A DNA stretch of 64,000 nt from a virus (lineage: Duplodnaviria > Caudoviricetes), in IMG/VR virus record IMGVR_UViG_3300042090_001530, positions 32,001 to 96,000 of that record, one strand, 5' to 3'. Below are positions 38,681 to 48,925 of this stretch, piece after piece (the first letter of the stretch is position 1; every line of letters begins with the position of its first letter). A program made the position numbers and the translations under genes. The notes beneath the pieces are model-generated. The model had not been told where the DNA came from. It saw nothing but the letters and a program-made list of their open reading frames with translations, and made no database searches.

Positions 38681-39315
38681 CTGTCACCGAAACCCGCCCC
38701 GCCCCCGTCGTCCCGCTGCACGGCGGACGGCGCCGCGTGCGGGCCACGCCGGTCAGCGACCTGCACGGTCGGCAACTTGCCGCGTCGAATCGACTGCTGG
38801 ACGCTGCGGCGGACCTGGCGGACACGACTGCTGAGGATGTTCTCGGTCGCCTGCTCGGCGGCCTGGTCAATGCGGCGCCGTCGGGCGGCCGTGCGCCGTC
38901 GAAGCATGCCTTGGTGGAGCTCTTGGAGCGGATCGCTGATGGGCTCGGCTGCCCGCCCGCGCCTGTCCCCGTGTGGTCCACGGGCGCGATCACCGTGGAG
39001 CGGTGGCCGTCCGGGAAGTCCGTCGTGACCGGGCTGCTCGCGAATCCAGACGTGGTCGAAGCACTCGCTGAGGCGTTCACCCAGGCGGATGCCGACGGCG
39101 TCGACCTAGTGCGCCTGTTCGCGCAGATAGCCGAGTTCGGGCAGGCGCGGTTGGACATGCCGGTGGGTTCGCTCGAGGATCAGGCGTACGTTGCGGCGTT
39201 CAACGAGGTGACTGAACTCCTCGGTTCGACGCCGGTCCGTTTCGAGCCGCACGATCTGGTTCCGATCGCCGAGGCTGTCGAGGCCGAGAACGACCGCGGG
39301 CTGGTGACCGCGTGA
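38677..39315 (+). CDS. Hypothetical protein
   Basis: ATGA overlap with both neighbours. Confidence 0.55.
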   Translation: MTVTETRPAPVVPLHGGRRRVRATPVSDLHGRQLAASNRLLDAAADLADTTAEDVLGRLLGGLVNAAPSGGRAPSKHALVELLERIADGLGCPPAPVPVWSTGAITVERWPSGKSVVTGLLANPDVVEALAEAFTQADADGVDLVRLFAQIAEFGQARLDMPVGSLEDQAYVAAFNEVTELLGSTPVRFEPHDLVPIAEAVEAENDRGLVTA

Positions 39316-40238
39316 CCGTCACCGACGACCGCCCTGCCACGGACTTGGCTGCCGCGACCCTCACCGCGTACGGCGAGCATGCCGTTGAGATCACCGAGCC
39401 GGGGATCTTCGACCATCTGACGCTCGAGCAGTATCACGCAGACATGGTGCCGGGCGGTTCGCTCTCCTCGTCGGGCGCGCGCAAACTGCTGTACCCGTCG
39501 TGCCCAGCCAAGTTCGACTGGGAGCGGCGCCACCCGAAGCCGCCGACCAGCGCGATGGAGTTCGGTTCCGCAGTGCACTCCATCGCACTGGGCAACGGCG
39601 CGGAGGTCGTGCCGGTGGATGCGAAGTCGTGGGTGGGCGGCGCGGCACAGCAGGAGCGCAAGGAGATCCGCGCGTCGGGGCGCATCCCGCTGCTCGACGT
39701 CGAGTTTCAGACGGCGAACGAGATGTGCGCCGCGCTGCGCAGGGATCCGCTGGCCGCGAAGCTGCTCGACCCGTCGTGTGGCAAGGCGGAGCGCAGCCTG
39801 TTTTGGCGGGACGAGAAGACCGGCGTGATGCTGCGCGCCCGCCCGGACTGGCTGCCGGAGCCCGTCGAGGGTGAGCGGCTGATCGTGCCTGACATCAAGA
39901 CGACGACCGAGGTGGACGGGGACTCTATCTCCAAGGCGTTGGAGACGTACTCGTACCCGATGCAGGCCGACTTCTACGAGTCCGGCATCAGGGCGCTCGG
40001 GATCGCGCAGGATGTCGTGTTCCTGTTCATCTTCGTCCGGAAGACCCGGCCGCATCTGATCCGGGTCGTCGGGGTCCCGGAGATCGACCGGACGATCGCG
40101 GCGGCGAAGAACCGGCGCGCCATCGACCTGTACGCGCAGTGCACCGCCTCCGGCGAGTGGCCCGCCTACGAGCCCGGCATCACCTACATCGATATTCCCG
40201 GCTGGGCACAGTCGCGTGATGCGCAGGACTACCTGTGA
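39312..40238 (+). CDS. RecE/ExoVIII-like PD-(D/E)XK exonuclease
   Basis: LSSSGAR, FGSAVH, RARPDWL, PDIKTT, YPMQADFY. Confidence 0.85.
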   Translation: MTVTDDRPATDLAAATLTAYGEHAVEITEPGIFDHLTLEQYHADMVPGGSLSSSGARKLLYPSCPAKFDWERRHPKPPTSAMEFGSAVHSIALGNGAEVVPVDAKSWVGGAAQQERKEIRASGRIPLLDVEFQTANEMCAALRRDPLAAKLLDPSCGKAERSLFWRDEKTGVMLRARPDWLPEPVEGERLIVPDIKTTTEVDGDSISKALETYSYPMQADFYESGIRALGIAQDVVFLFIFVRKTRPHLIRVVGVPEIDRTIAAAKNRRAIDLYAQCTASGEWPAYEPGITYIDIPGWAQSRDAQDYL

Positions 40239-40275
40239 CCGCCGCGCCGATCATCACCATTCCTGGAGGGGAACT

Positions 40276-41220
40276 ATGACTGAACTCGCTGTTGTCGAAC
40301 CGCATACGGCGGCGCTCGCCCAGCCTGTGCCGCAGGCTGCGCTGGCCGTGCAGGAGACGAGCCCGCTTGCCCGCTGGGTGGAGGAGGCCGCGCGGGCGGA
40401 GGAGCTCGCGACGCGGCTCGCGAGCACGTCGTTCGTGCCCGCGTCGATGCGCGGCAAGCCGGTCGAGGTCATGGCGGCGATCCTCGCCGGCATCGAGCTC
40501 GGCTTTCAGCCGATGGCGGCGCTGCGCTCCATGGACGTGATCCAGGGGACGCCGGCGCTGCGCGCTCACGCGATGCGCGGCCTGGTGCAGTCGCACGGGC
40601 ACGACGTGGAGCTGGTCGGCGAGGCGACGCCGGAGCGCGTGGTGATGCGCGGCCGCCGCAAGGGCACGGAGAAGTGGCAGCAGACCACCTGGGATATTCC
40701 GCGCGCCGCGAAACTCGGCCTAGTCGGGAAGCCGGAGTGGAAGAGGCAGCCGCAGACGATGCTCATCGCGCGCGCTACTGGCGAGATTTGCAGGCTGGTG
40801 GCGTCCGACGTCATTTACGCGATGCCGTACGCGGCGGAGGAGTTGGACGGCGACACGCTGCCGGACGGCCGTCCGTTCGCAGAGCCGCGGGTGACCGTGG
40901 ACGAGGTCATGAACCAGACGCCTGCGGTCGAGGCGCCGCGCCCGGACTACCTCGCGATGGCGCAGGCCGCCATGTCGATCGAGCAGTGGCGGGAGGTCTG
41001 GGGTCAGGCGTTGTCGGCGGGACATCTCGACGACGAGTTGAAGCAGCAGCTCGTGCAGCGCGGCCAGGAGCTCAAGAATGCCAGTCAGCCTGCGATCGGG
41101 TCGACCGCGGAGCCGTCGCCGTCGGACTCGTGCGGCATCTGCATGCAGCCGGGCCACTTCGAGGACGACTGCCCGCAGCGCGACGACTCCGAGCCCGCGC
41201 CGGATGAGGCAGGCTACTGA
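40276..41220 (+). CDS. RecT/Bet-like single-strand annealing protein
   Basis: FVP...GKP...AILAGIELG..PMAAL...VIQG; WKRQPQTMLIARA...YAAEEL; follows the exonuclease. Confidence 0.8.
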   Translation: MTELAVVEPHTAALAQPVPQAALAVQETSPLARWVEEAARAEELATRLASTSFVPASMRGKPVEVMAAILAGIELGFQPMAALRSMDVIQGTPALRAHAMRGLVQSHGHDVELVGEATPERVVMRGRRKGTEKWQQTTWDIPRAAKLGLVGKPEWKRQPQTMLIARATGEICRLVASDVIYAMPYAAEELDGDTLPDGRPFAEPRVTVDEVMNQTPAVEAPRPDYLAMAQAAMSIEQWREVWGQALSAGHLDDELKQQLVQRGQELKNASQPAIGSTAEPSPSDSCGICMQPGHFEDDCPQRDDSEPAPDEAGY

Positions 41221-42155
41221 TGCCTCTCACGCGAGACCAGCTTCGCCGCGAGGCGGAGAGGCTGCTGAGCCGGGCCAGCTTCGTCCGCTCGGAGGCTGAC
41301 CCCACGCCGTCGCTTGACCCGCAGACGACCGCGCTGATGGTTGCCCGCGCCCAGGTGTACGCCACGCTGGCAGCTACCGCAGGCGACGAGATCGTCACGG
41401 CGTACGTCCACGACGACCACGAGGTCGCGTTCGAGTCGACCTGCGCGGCATGCGCAGCCGAGGCCGAGGCTTCAGCCATCGCGCGCTTCAAGGCGATGTG
41501 CCACATCGTCGGCGCCCACATCGCCGAGGGCCTGGACTCGGAGGACCGCCAGTTGCGGGACTTCCTGACCGGCCTCGCCTACGAGTTGGACCGTGCCGGG
41601 CTCGGCGTCACGGATGTGGTGGAGGCGACCGCGCTGAAGTACTGCTACAACCGCCACCGGGTCCGGGTGGACGGCGCGATGTACTCGCTGGACAGCCAGT
41701 GGGTCGACGCGCTGGGCGTCACGTGGGAGTACGTGGGTGAGTGGGACGCGCACCGCGGGCCGATCATGTGCACGCCTGAAGTGTGCCCCGGGCTTCCGCT
41801 CACGCCGCTTCCGCAGCTCGTTTTGAACCGGGGCCCGCTGCGCTGCGGGCAGTCGACGCCTTACCGCTCCTATGACGAGGGCTGGGGTCGTGGCCCGACG
41901 TTCGATCCCGAGACGAAGATCTACGACGGCCGCGGAATCGAGGGGCGGTACGACCTGAGCCTGCCGATCGTGGACAAGGACGGCGCCACGTGGCGGTGGA
42001 CTGGCGAGTTCGATCGCAGCGAGCCGCTAGTCAGGCTGGACGGCGACGACGGCCATGTCACGATCCTCAACGCGATCGAGGTGTTCAACGGGCCGCTGCG
42101 CCAGCTTGAGGCCGAGGACGGCGTCGAAACCCCCGTCGGGGTGCCCGATGTCTGA
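41220..42155 (+). CDS. Hypothetical protein with an internally duplicated Trp-containing domain
   Basis: YSLDSQWVDALGVTWEYVG vs YDLSLPIVDKDGATWRWTG. Confidence 0.6.
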   Translation: MPLTRDQLRREAERLLSRASFVRSEADPTPSLDPQTTALMVARAQVYATLAATAGDEIVTAYVHDDHEVAFESTCAACAAEAEASAIARFKAMCHIVGAHIAEGLDSEDRQLRDFLTGLAYELDRAGLGVTDVVEATALKYCYNRHRVRVDGAMYSLDSQWVDALGVTWEYVGEWDAHRGPIMCTPEVCPGLPLTPLPQLVLNRGPLRCGQSTPYRSYDEGWGRGPTFDPETKIYDGRGIEGRYDLSLPIVDKDGATWRWTGEFDRSEPLVRLDGDDGHVTILNAIEVFNGPLRQLEAEDGVETPVGVPDV

Positions 42156-42894
42156 GTCGACGACGGCTGCCTGGTGGCGCGGTTCCGCGCTTGCGTTCGA
42201 CATTGAGTCGACTGGCGTCAACGTGATCGCCGATCGGGTCGTGACGGCGGCGCTCGTGCATCTCGGCGACGGCCCGCCGCGTCCGGAGCGGTTCATGGTC
42301 GATCCGGGTGTCGAGATCCCTGCCGAGGCGACCGCGATTCACGGGATCACGACGGAGGTTGCGAAGGCGACGGGCGTGCAGCCGGCTGGCGCGCTGCGGG
42401 CCATCGCCGACACGTTGGTAGCAGCGCTGAGCGCCGGGGTCCCTGTCTTGGGTACGAATCTCGTCTACGACCTGTCGCTGCTGCATTTCGAGTGCCTGCG
42501 GCATGGTCTGCCGACGCTGACTGAGCGGCTTGGCGGTGAGGTCGCGCCGATCGTGGACGCCCTCGTTGTCGACAGGGCCGTGGACACGTACCGCAAGGGC
42601 AAGCGGAAGCTGCCCAACCTGTGCGCGAATTACGAGGTCAAGCATCACGGCGAGCACGACTCTGCGTATGACGCGCTTGCCGCGGCCGAGGTGATCGCGG
42701 CGATCATGGAGAAGTTCCCGGCACTCCAAGAGATGTCGCTGCCTGAGTTGCATAGAGCACAGGTCGGCTGGGCGCGCGAGCAGCAGGTGGGCTTGCAGCG
42801 GTACTTCGACGAGACGCGGCGCTCTGGCGAGGAGCGCGAGGTCGTCGAGATGGGTTGGCCGCTTTACGACATCACGGCGGCCGGTGCCTCATGA
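42148..42894 (+). CDS. DEDDh 3'-5' exonuclease (DnaQ-like)
   Basis: AFDIESTG, NLVYDLSLL, HDSAYDA. Confidence 0.85.
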   Translation: MSESTTAAWWRGSALAFDIESTGVNVIADRVVTAALVHLGDGPPRPERFMVDPGVEIPAEATAIHGITTEVAKATGVQPAGALRAIADTLVAALSAGVPVLGTNLVYDLSLLHFECLRHGLPTLTERLGGEVAPIVDALVVDRAVDTYRKGKRKLPNLCANYEVKHHGEHDSAYDALAAAEVIAAIMEKFPALQEMSLPELHRAQVGWAREQQVGLQRYFDETRRSGEEREVVEMGWPLYDITAAGAS

Positions 42895-43091
42895 CCGGCG
42901 TCCTGGAACAACTCGGCTGGCTGGTTCTCGCGGTCGCCGTGATCTTGGGTTTCATCTGGGTCGTCAACTCGGCGGGCCAGTACTACGCGAACCCGGACGA
43001 GGACGAGCCGCTCCTCGGCCGCCACCACGTTCCGCGGCCACCCGAGGACGCCGTGCCCGACGCGCAGCAGCCGAACGGGGGGAGTGCCTGA
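42891..43091 (+). CDS. Small single-TM protein
   Basis: Hydrophobic N-terminus; coupled start. Confidence 0.5.
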   Translation: MTGVLEQLGWLVLAVAVILGFIWVVNSAGQYYANPDEDEPLLGRHHVPRPPEDAVPDAQQPNGGSA

Positions 43092-43435
43092 TGGGCATCC
43101 TGATCGGGCTCCTCACGTTCGGTGTCGCCACTCTGGCCGCGTGCGCGTGGATGCGGGTTGAAGGGCGCCGTAACGAGCGCGAGTTCGTCGAGGCGGTACG
43201 CGAGTCTGCCGAGCGACGTGCCGCCGCTGCCGCGGAGTTCGCGTTTCAGCAGCAGTTCGCTGACGTGCTCGGCCAGGCGGACTACTTCTGCCGCTGTTCG
43301 GCGCACGAGCGGGGGCTTCTGCTGCCCGATGACTTGGCCGAGCGCTACCCGTCGATGCCGCAGCGCCCCGGACCGCCCGTGGCGGATCCTGCCGAGCCCT
43401 GGCAACTGAACCTCGAGGCTGGCGCGGATGAGTGA
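43091..43435 (+). CDS. Small single-TM protein
   Basis: Hydrophobic N-terminus; TGATG coupling. Confidence 0.5.
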   Translation: MGILIGLLTFGVATLAACAWMRVEGRRNEREFVEAVRESAERRAAAAAEFAFQQQFADVLGQADYFCRCSAHERGLLLPDDLAERYPSMPQRPGPPVADPAEPWQLNLEAGADE

Positions 43436-44408
43436 CGCGCCGCACGCCGAAACCAAGCCCCCGACCCCCGGAGACCCGATGACCATCGTCGACCAGGCCC
43501 AGCGCCACGAACAGCCGCACCAGACACAGCCGGAATGGGGTGCCGAGACCGCGAACCGGGACGCCGCCCGCGAGAACGGCAACCGGACCACGCGCGTCAC
43601 GGACCTCGTCGTGCAGCATCAGACCGAGGCGACGCGTGAACGTAAGGCCCGCACCCGCTACGAGGACGGCCTTCAGGTGCTGCGCTGGCTCAGGAGCGCG
43701 CCGCTGTCCGAGCGCAGCCTGGAAATCGACCGGGTGTTGCACGACGAGCACGGCAGCCTCGTTCCGGAGCGGATCGACGAGTACATCGGGCTGCTGCTTT
43801 CGGGGATCTCGTCGCTGGAGGTTCGGCAGGCGATGCTCGCCCGGCATTCCCGGCACGCGGTGTTGGCTGAGGCGACGCTTCGCGCGGTGGCTGAGGCGCG
43901 GGAGGTCGCGGCGAACTGGCACCGGCTCGCGGAGGAGGCGGCGCCGTGGGCGCACGAGAACGGCAGCGGCCTACGCCCCGCACTGGCCCCGTCGCCGGGT
44001 ATGCCTGAGCGGCTGCCGAGGCGGGAGCCGGGCGCTGCCATGAAGGCGCCGCCGGAGAGGCCGGTCGAGCAGACGGGGCAGATCGCGCGGCGCGCGATCG
44101 ACGAGATGCTCGCGAAGGGCCAGGACGCTACGGCCGCGAAGGCGGCGCTCGCGAGCAGCTACCCCGAGGCCGGTCCGGCTTTCGGTTCGCCGGTGGACCC
44201 GAAGTTCACGGCGTCCGCACTGCCGCAGGTTCGGGCTGGCGACACGCAGACGATGCCCGCGATCGGGGACGAGGAGGTCGAGCCGAGGCTCCCTTTCTCG
44301 AACGCGGCGGACACCGCCGCCGCATCGAGGCCGGCGCGGTCGGCCGCAGAGCCAAAGGGAAAGGCGCGCGCCGCGGCCGGAAGCAAAGGTAACGGCGATG
44401 AGGCCTGA
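43428..44408 (+). CDS. Hypothetical protein
   Basis: 326 aa in the coupled operon. Confidence 0.55.
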   Translation: MSDAPHAETKPPTPGDPMTIVDQAQRHEQPHQTQPEWGAETANRDAARENGNRTTRVTDLVVQHQTEATRERKARTRYEDGLQVLRWLRSAPLSERSLEIDRVLHDEHGSLVPERIDEYIGLLLSGISSLEVRQAMLARHSRHAVLAEATLRAVAEAREVAANWHRLAEEAAPWAHENGSGLRPALAPSPGMPERLPRREPGAAMKAPPERPVEQTGQIARRAIDEMLAKGQDATAAKAALASSYPEAGPAFGSPVDPKFTASALPQVRAGDTQTMPAIGDEEVEPRLPFSNAADTAAASRPARSAAEPKGKARAAAGSKGNGDEA

Positions 44409-44616
44409 ATCGACCGCCGCGGGTGCCGGCCTCGGCGCCCTGGGCGCGTACAAGGCGGGCACCGTGCACGCCTGGCCGTAGCTGAACGTCCGGCTCGCGT
44501 TCCCCTCCGAGCGAGCCGGGTTGCCGCGCTGATCACGCGGCTAGGGCCCGACTGTGGTTCGCCCGCAGTCGGGCCGGAGGGGACAACAAGGCAACCCAAC
44601 GTTTCGGAGGGGCAGT

Positions 44617-45561
44617 ATGAGCACCAAGACCACCATCGAGTGGACGATCAATCCCGACGGCAGCGCGGGCCGCACGTGGAATCCGGCTAGCGGCTGCTCG
44701 AAGGTCAGCCCCGGCTGCGGGCTGCCGCGGTTCGAGGGCGACAAGACCGGCGGCTGCTATGCGGAGACCATCGCGCGCCGGTTCGCCGGGTCGAAGGCGT
44801 TCCCGAACGGGTTCGCGGTCACGCTGCACCCGGAGCGGCTGACCGACCCGCTGCGCTGGCGCACCCCGACTCGCGTGTTCGTAAATTCGATGAGCGACAT
44901 GTTCCACGACGAGATTCCGGAGCTGTTCATCGCGAAGGTGTTCGCGGTCATGGCGGCGACACCGCAGCACAGTTACATGTTGCTGACCAAGCGGCACGCG
45001 CGCATGCGGTCCCTGCTCAGGTCGCCGGCGTTCGCGGAGCAGTGCGACATCGAGTTCCTCGACCTGACGGTCAACCGGCACCCGAAGCTAGCCCGGAAGC
45101 GCTGGAGTTGGCCGCTCGAGAATGTGATGCTGGGCGTCAGCGCCGAGGACCAGCATTGGGCCGAGATCCGTATCCCGGCACTGCTGGAGACTCCGGCCGC
45201 GACGCGATTCGTTTCGCTGGAGCCGCTGCTCGGGCCGATCGACCTACGAAACCTGAAGACGCGCAGCGTCGTCATGGACGCTCTCGGCGGCGACGTGCGC
45301 ACCGATCGGGGTGAGATCTACGCCTCGACGCCGGCCGTGCTTGATCTCGTGATTTGCGGGGCCGAGTCCGGGCCGGCCAGGAACGCTCGCGACATGGACG
45401 TGGACTGGGTTCGTTCGTTGCGTGACCAGGTCGCGGGCGCGATCGAGGTGTCGTTCTTCTACAAGCAGGACGCGGTCAACGGGAAGAAGATCCCGACGCC
45501 GGTGCTCGACGGCAAGGTGTGGGTCGAGATGCCGCGCATGCCTGAGGCGGTGGCGTCGTGA
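44617..45561 (+). CDS. DUF5131 (Gp37/Gp68) family protein
   Basis: IEWT...TWNPASGCSKVSPGC...CYA; RVFVNSMSDMFH; LTKR; FVSLEPLLG; GAESG; FFYKQ. Confidence 0.9.
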   Translation: MSTKTTIEWTINPDGSAGRTWNPASGCSKVSPGCGLPRFEGDKTGGCYAETIARRFAGSKAFPNGFAVTLHPERLTDPLRWRTPTRVFVNSMSDMFHDEIPELFIAKVFAVMAATPQHSYMLLTKRHARMRSLLRSPAFAEQCDIEFLDLTVNRHPKLARKRWSWPLENVMLGVSAEDQHWAEIRIPALLETPAATRFVSLEPLLGPIDLRNLKTRSVVMDALGGDVRTDRGEIYASTPAVLDLVICGAESGPARNARDMDVDWVRSLRDQVAGAIEVSFFYKQDAVNGKKIPTPVLDGKVWVEMPRMPEAVAS

Positions 45562-45863
45562 TCCTGTCCGAATACGCGAAGGCGCTCGCCGCACGCCGGG
45601 CGGACCGCCACTCCTCGCCGGCGGTCGAGACCGAGCCGGAGTGGCCGAGGTCGGTCGCCGCCCGCGCCGCAACCGCCCTGGATCCCGAGCCTGACGGTAC
45701 CGGCGCATGGCTGGTGGCCGGGCTCGTCGAACTGTATGACGAGGTGAACGCCGCAGGCCGCTGGCACGCGGTGACCGGCACGAACGTGACCGCGCCGCAC
45801 GGGGGCCAGCTGGGCCGCCTCGCGCTGGTGTACGCCCGCGACGCGGACGGCGGTGCGCGATGA
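45558..45863 (+). CDS. Hypothetical protein
   Basis: Coupled small ORF. Confidence 0.5.
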   Translation: MILSEYAKALAARRADRHSSPAVETEPEWPRSVAARAATALDPEPDGTGAWLVAGLVELYDEVNAAGRWHAVTGTNVTAPHGGQLGRLALVYARDADGGAR

Positions 45864-46144
45864 CGGTCCTCGATGTCCGTGAAGCACCGCAGGCCGCACC
45901 CCAGTCCACCGGCGACGACACTGTTCACGAAATCTGCTGCGTGGACGACGATCTCGCGATGTGCGGCGAGGACGTGTCCGGCGACGAGTTCGCCGACGGC
46001 GGGGCGCCCCCGAACTGCATAGTGTGCGCGGATTTGATCAAGACGTGGGCGTACTACGCGGACCATTTCGGCGAGGACCCGCACCGGCCGGGCGATGTTC
46101 CCTGTCGCGCATGCCCGAAGCGGCGACGGGAGGCGGACCGGTAA
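45860..46144 (+). CDS. Small Cys-rich hypothetical protein
   Basis: CC, MCG, CIVC and CRAC motifs. Confidence 0.55.
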   Translation: MTVLDVREAPQAAPQSTGDDTVHEICCVDDDLAMCGEDVSGDEFADGGAPPNCIVCADLIKTWAYYADHFGEDPHRPGDVPCRACPKRRREADR

Positions 46145-46719
46145 TGCCGATCACCCTGCTCCCGCCGCTCACCCGAGGCGGCCCGTTCCACGGCGCCGTA
46201 CGGTCCGAGGCGCTCACGGAAGGCCCGGCGTTCGCGCGTAGCCGTGGCGGTTCACGCTGGCACCGGGTGCGCTCGGCCATCCGGCACTTCATCGACACGG
46301 AGCCGAGCCACACCTCGTACCTGGCCTGGTGCGGGCAGTCGCTCTCCTCAAGCCACTGCCGCGCCGTGGACGAGCCGGATGACGGCGCGCCGGTGTGCGG
46401 CACCTGCGAGGGCCGCGCGCTGGGTCACGACCCGAAGCGGCCCGGCCTGCTGTTCACGCCGGCCACGCTCGCGCCGCCGCGGTTCTGCCCGAACCGGACC
46501 CTGTTCGAGGACGCCGGTTCGAACGTCGGGCGCTGCCTGGCGTGCCAGCAGTTGGCGCCGGTGAAGGTGCACGGCTGGAACGGCTACCCGAAGCTTCAAC
46601 TGCATGTCGCGCTGGAGCTGGTGGCGGGCTGTCCGTTCCACGCCTGGCGGTATCTCGTCGAGGCCGATGGTTCCGCGGCGTGCCGGTGCTCGGTCGAGTC
46701 CGGGCGGGGTGACTCATGA
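46144..46719 (+). CDS. Cys-rich hypothetical protein
   Basis: WCG, CGTC, CLAC and GCPFH motifs; TAATG coupling. Confidence 0.55.
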   Translation: MPITLLPPLTRGGPFHGAVRSEALTEGPAFARSRGGSRWHRVRSAIRHFIDTEPSHTSYLAWCGQSLSSSHCRAVDEPDDGAPVCGTCEGRALGHDPKRPGLLFTPATLAPPRFCPNRTLFEDAGSNVGRCLACQQLAPVKVHGWNGYPKLQLHVALELVAGCPFHAWRYLVEADGSAACRCSVESGRGDS

Positions 46720-46883
46720 TCACGCCTGCCGAGATGGATGACGAGCAATTGTCCGCTGCGGTCCGCACCGCCGAAACCGCGGACCTCGACCCGGAGACGG
46801 TTCTCGCGAGCCTGCGGGCCGTGACTACGGCGCACCTCGATGCCGACCGCGACGAGCCCAGCCAGGAGGTGTCCGATGCCTGA
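46716..46883 (+). CDS. Small hypothetical protein (not in the ORF track)
   Basis: 55-aa ORF overlapping both neighbours. Confidence 0.45.
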   Translation: MITPAEMDDEQLSAAVRTAETADLDPETVLASLRAVTTAHLDADRDEPSQEVSDA

Positions 46884-47124
46884 GCGCTTCAACCCGGCCC
46901 CGGACCCGACGTATGTCGCTGAGCAGCGCGGCCTGTTCGTGGACCTTTGCACGCTGCTCGGTGCGCACAACGCGTACGGCACGACCGAACCGGGCGACTA
47001 CGACGAGGACGGCAACGGCGGGCTACTGCTCCGGCAGTTGCCGACCGTGTGGCGGCCGGTTGAGTCCTGCCGCGACCTGGCCGCGCTCGCCGACGAGGCC
47101 TACCGTACGGAGGCGGACCGGTGA
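46876..47124 (+). CDS. Hypothetical protein
   Basis: AGGAGG RBS. Confidence 0.5.
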   Translation: MPERFNPAPDPTYVAEQRGLFVDLCTLLGAHNAYGTTEPGDYDEDGNGGLLLRQLPTVWRPVESCRDLAALADEAYRTEADR

Positions 47125-47570
47125 CCGCGATCCAGGAACCGTTGCCCGGCGCAGTTAAGGCGCCGGAACCCACTGTCATCGCCCTGGAGTTCCCGGCCGG
47201 CTACTCGCCCTCGTCGTCGCTGACGTTCTTCCAGTGCGGGTCGAACATGCGCAAGAACCGGTGGGCCAAGGCGCGCATCACCAAGCAGATCCGCCAGGAC
47301 GCGGCCCAACTCGCGCGCGCCCAGGGCCTGCCGCAGATCACGCAGCGAGTGGACGTCCTCGGCGTGCAGCATCCCGCTCCGGGCAAGCGCACGATCGACG
47401 CCGAGAACATTGCCCCGCTGGTCAAGGCTTCAATCGATGGTCTACGCGATGCGGGCGTCCTCCGGAACGACTCGTCGAAGTATGTGCGCACCGTGGCATA
47501 CACGACCGGCCCGCGCATCCCGGGCGGCCAACTGGTCCTGCACCTGACGATGCTGGACGGTGCGGCGTGA
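47121..47570 (+). CDS. RusA-like Holliday junction resolvase
   Basis: DAENIAPLVKASIDGLRDAGVLRNDS. Confidence 0.7.
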   Translation: MTAIQEPLPGAVKAPEPTVIALEFPAGYSPSSSLTFFQCGSNMRKNRWAKARITKQIRQDAAQLARAQGLPQITQRVDVLGVQHPAPGKRTIDAENIAPLVKASIDGLRDAGVLRNDSSKYVRTVAYTTGPRIPGGQLVLHLTMLDGAA

Positions 47571-48925
47571 ACGCCCCCATCGACGTGATCGACATCTTCG
47601 CCGGGCCTGGTGGATGGTCGCTGGCCTGCCGCACCCTAGGTCTTCGCGAGGTCGGGATCGAACTCGACCCGTGGGCGTGTGCGACCCGCGCCGCGGCCGG
47701 GCATCTCACCGTCCGCGCCGATGTGGCCGCGTTCCCTGTCCGGCAGCTTGCCCGCCGCGGAGAACGTCCCGCACGGCGGGGACTGATCGGCTCCCCGCCG
47801 TGCGGGACGTTCTCCGCGGCGGGCAAGGGGGAGGGCGTCGGCGACCTGCCGCTGCTACATCAGGCCCTCGACGACCTTGCTGCCGGGCGCGACCCGCGCG
47901 CTGACCTCGCTGCGGCCTGCTCGGACCCGCGGACCCCGCTAGTCGTCGAGCCGCTGCGGTACGCACTGGCGATCCAGCCCGAGTGGATCGCGCTCGAGCA
48001 GGTGCCTGCCGTGCTGCCGCTGTGGGAGCACATCGCCCGGATTCTGCGCGACCGCGGCTACTCGACGTGGACCGGGATCCTCAACGCCGCCGACTACGGG
48101 GTGCCGCAAACCCGGCGGCGCGCGATCCTGATTGCCTCCCGCGTCCGGACGGTCACACCGCCCGAGCCGACTCACGCGAAGGAAGCCGAGATCGAGACGC
48201 TGTTCGGCCCCGGCCGACGGCGATGGGTGTCCATGGCTGAAGCGCTCGGCTGGCTGCCCGCAGGTGTCGTCAACACCCGCGGAGAGCGCAAGACCCCCGG
48301 CGGCAACGAGTTCTCCGCCGACCGGCCGTCTTGGGCGCTGACCGAGAAGGCCAGGTCGTGGACGGTGCGCACGCTTTCCGGCAATGGAGACGCTCACGAC
48401 TACGAGCGGGACCTAGACGAGCCGTCGCCGTCGCTGACTTCGCGATCCGACCGGTGGCGCGTCGATGTAGGCGCAGGAGGGTTCGCCGGGGGCTGGGGAC
48501 GGAACGGAGACGAGCCGTCGCCGACGATTCGACTCCAGTCGCAGTCGTGGGTACTTAGGCACAACGACCGGGCGAACGCGACGGTGCGCCGCATTGATGA
48601 GCCCGCCGGGACTCTCGCCTTCGGCCATGCCCGGAATGAGTACTGCTGGATTCCGGGCATGGCCGAAGGCGAGAGTCCCGGCGGGCATGCCTCCGATACC
48701 CACTCCCGGTCGGAGTCGGTTCACATCACAATCGAGGAGGCTTCGGTCCTTCAGTCGTTCCCGAGCGACTACCCGTGGCAGGGCACAAAGACCCAGAAGT
48801 TCCTTCAGTGCGGCAACGCCTGGAGTCCGCGCGCCGCGATGGCCGTGATAGGTGCCGCGACGGGCATCGACTGGCAGCCGGTCGCGGCGCGCTGCTACGA
48901 CGAGGTTGCGCAGGTGGCCACATGA
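47567..48925 (+). CDS. Orphan DNA (cytosine-5) methyltransferase
   Basis: DIFAGPGG (motif I), GSPPC (IV), LEQV (VI), LNAADYGVPQTRRR (VII-VIII), QCGNA (X); no restriction enzyme adjacent. Confidence 0.9.
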   Translation: MNAPIDVIDIFAGPGGWSLACRTLGLREVGIELDPWACATRAAAGHLTVRADVAAFPVRQLARRGERPARRGLIGSPPCGTFSAAGKGEGVGDLPLLHQALDDLAAGRDPRADLAAACSDPRTPLVVEPLRYALAIQPEWIALEQVPAVLPLWEHIARILRDRGYSTWTGILNAADYGVPQTRRRAILIASRVRTVTPPEPTHAKEAEIETLFGPGRRRWVSMAEALGWLPAGVVNTRGERKTPGGNEFSADRPSWALTEKARSWTVRTLSGNGDAHDYERDLDEPSPSLTSRSDRWRVDVGAGGFAGGWGRNGDEPSPTIRLQSQSWVLRHNDRANATVRRIDEPAGTLAFGHARNEYCWIPGMAEGESPGGHASDTHSRSESVHITIEEASVLQSFPSDYPWQGTKTQKFLQCGNAWSPRAAMAVIGAATGIDWQPVAARCYDEVAQVAT

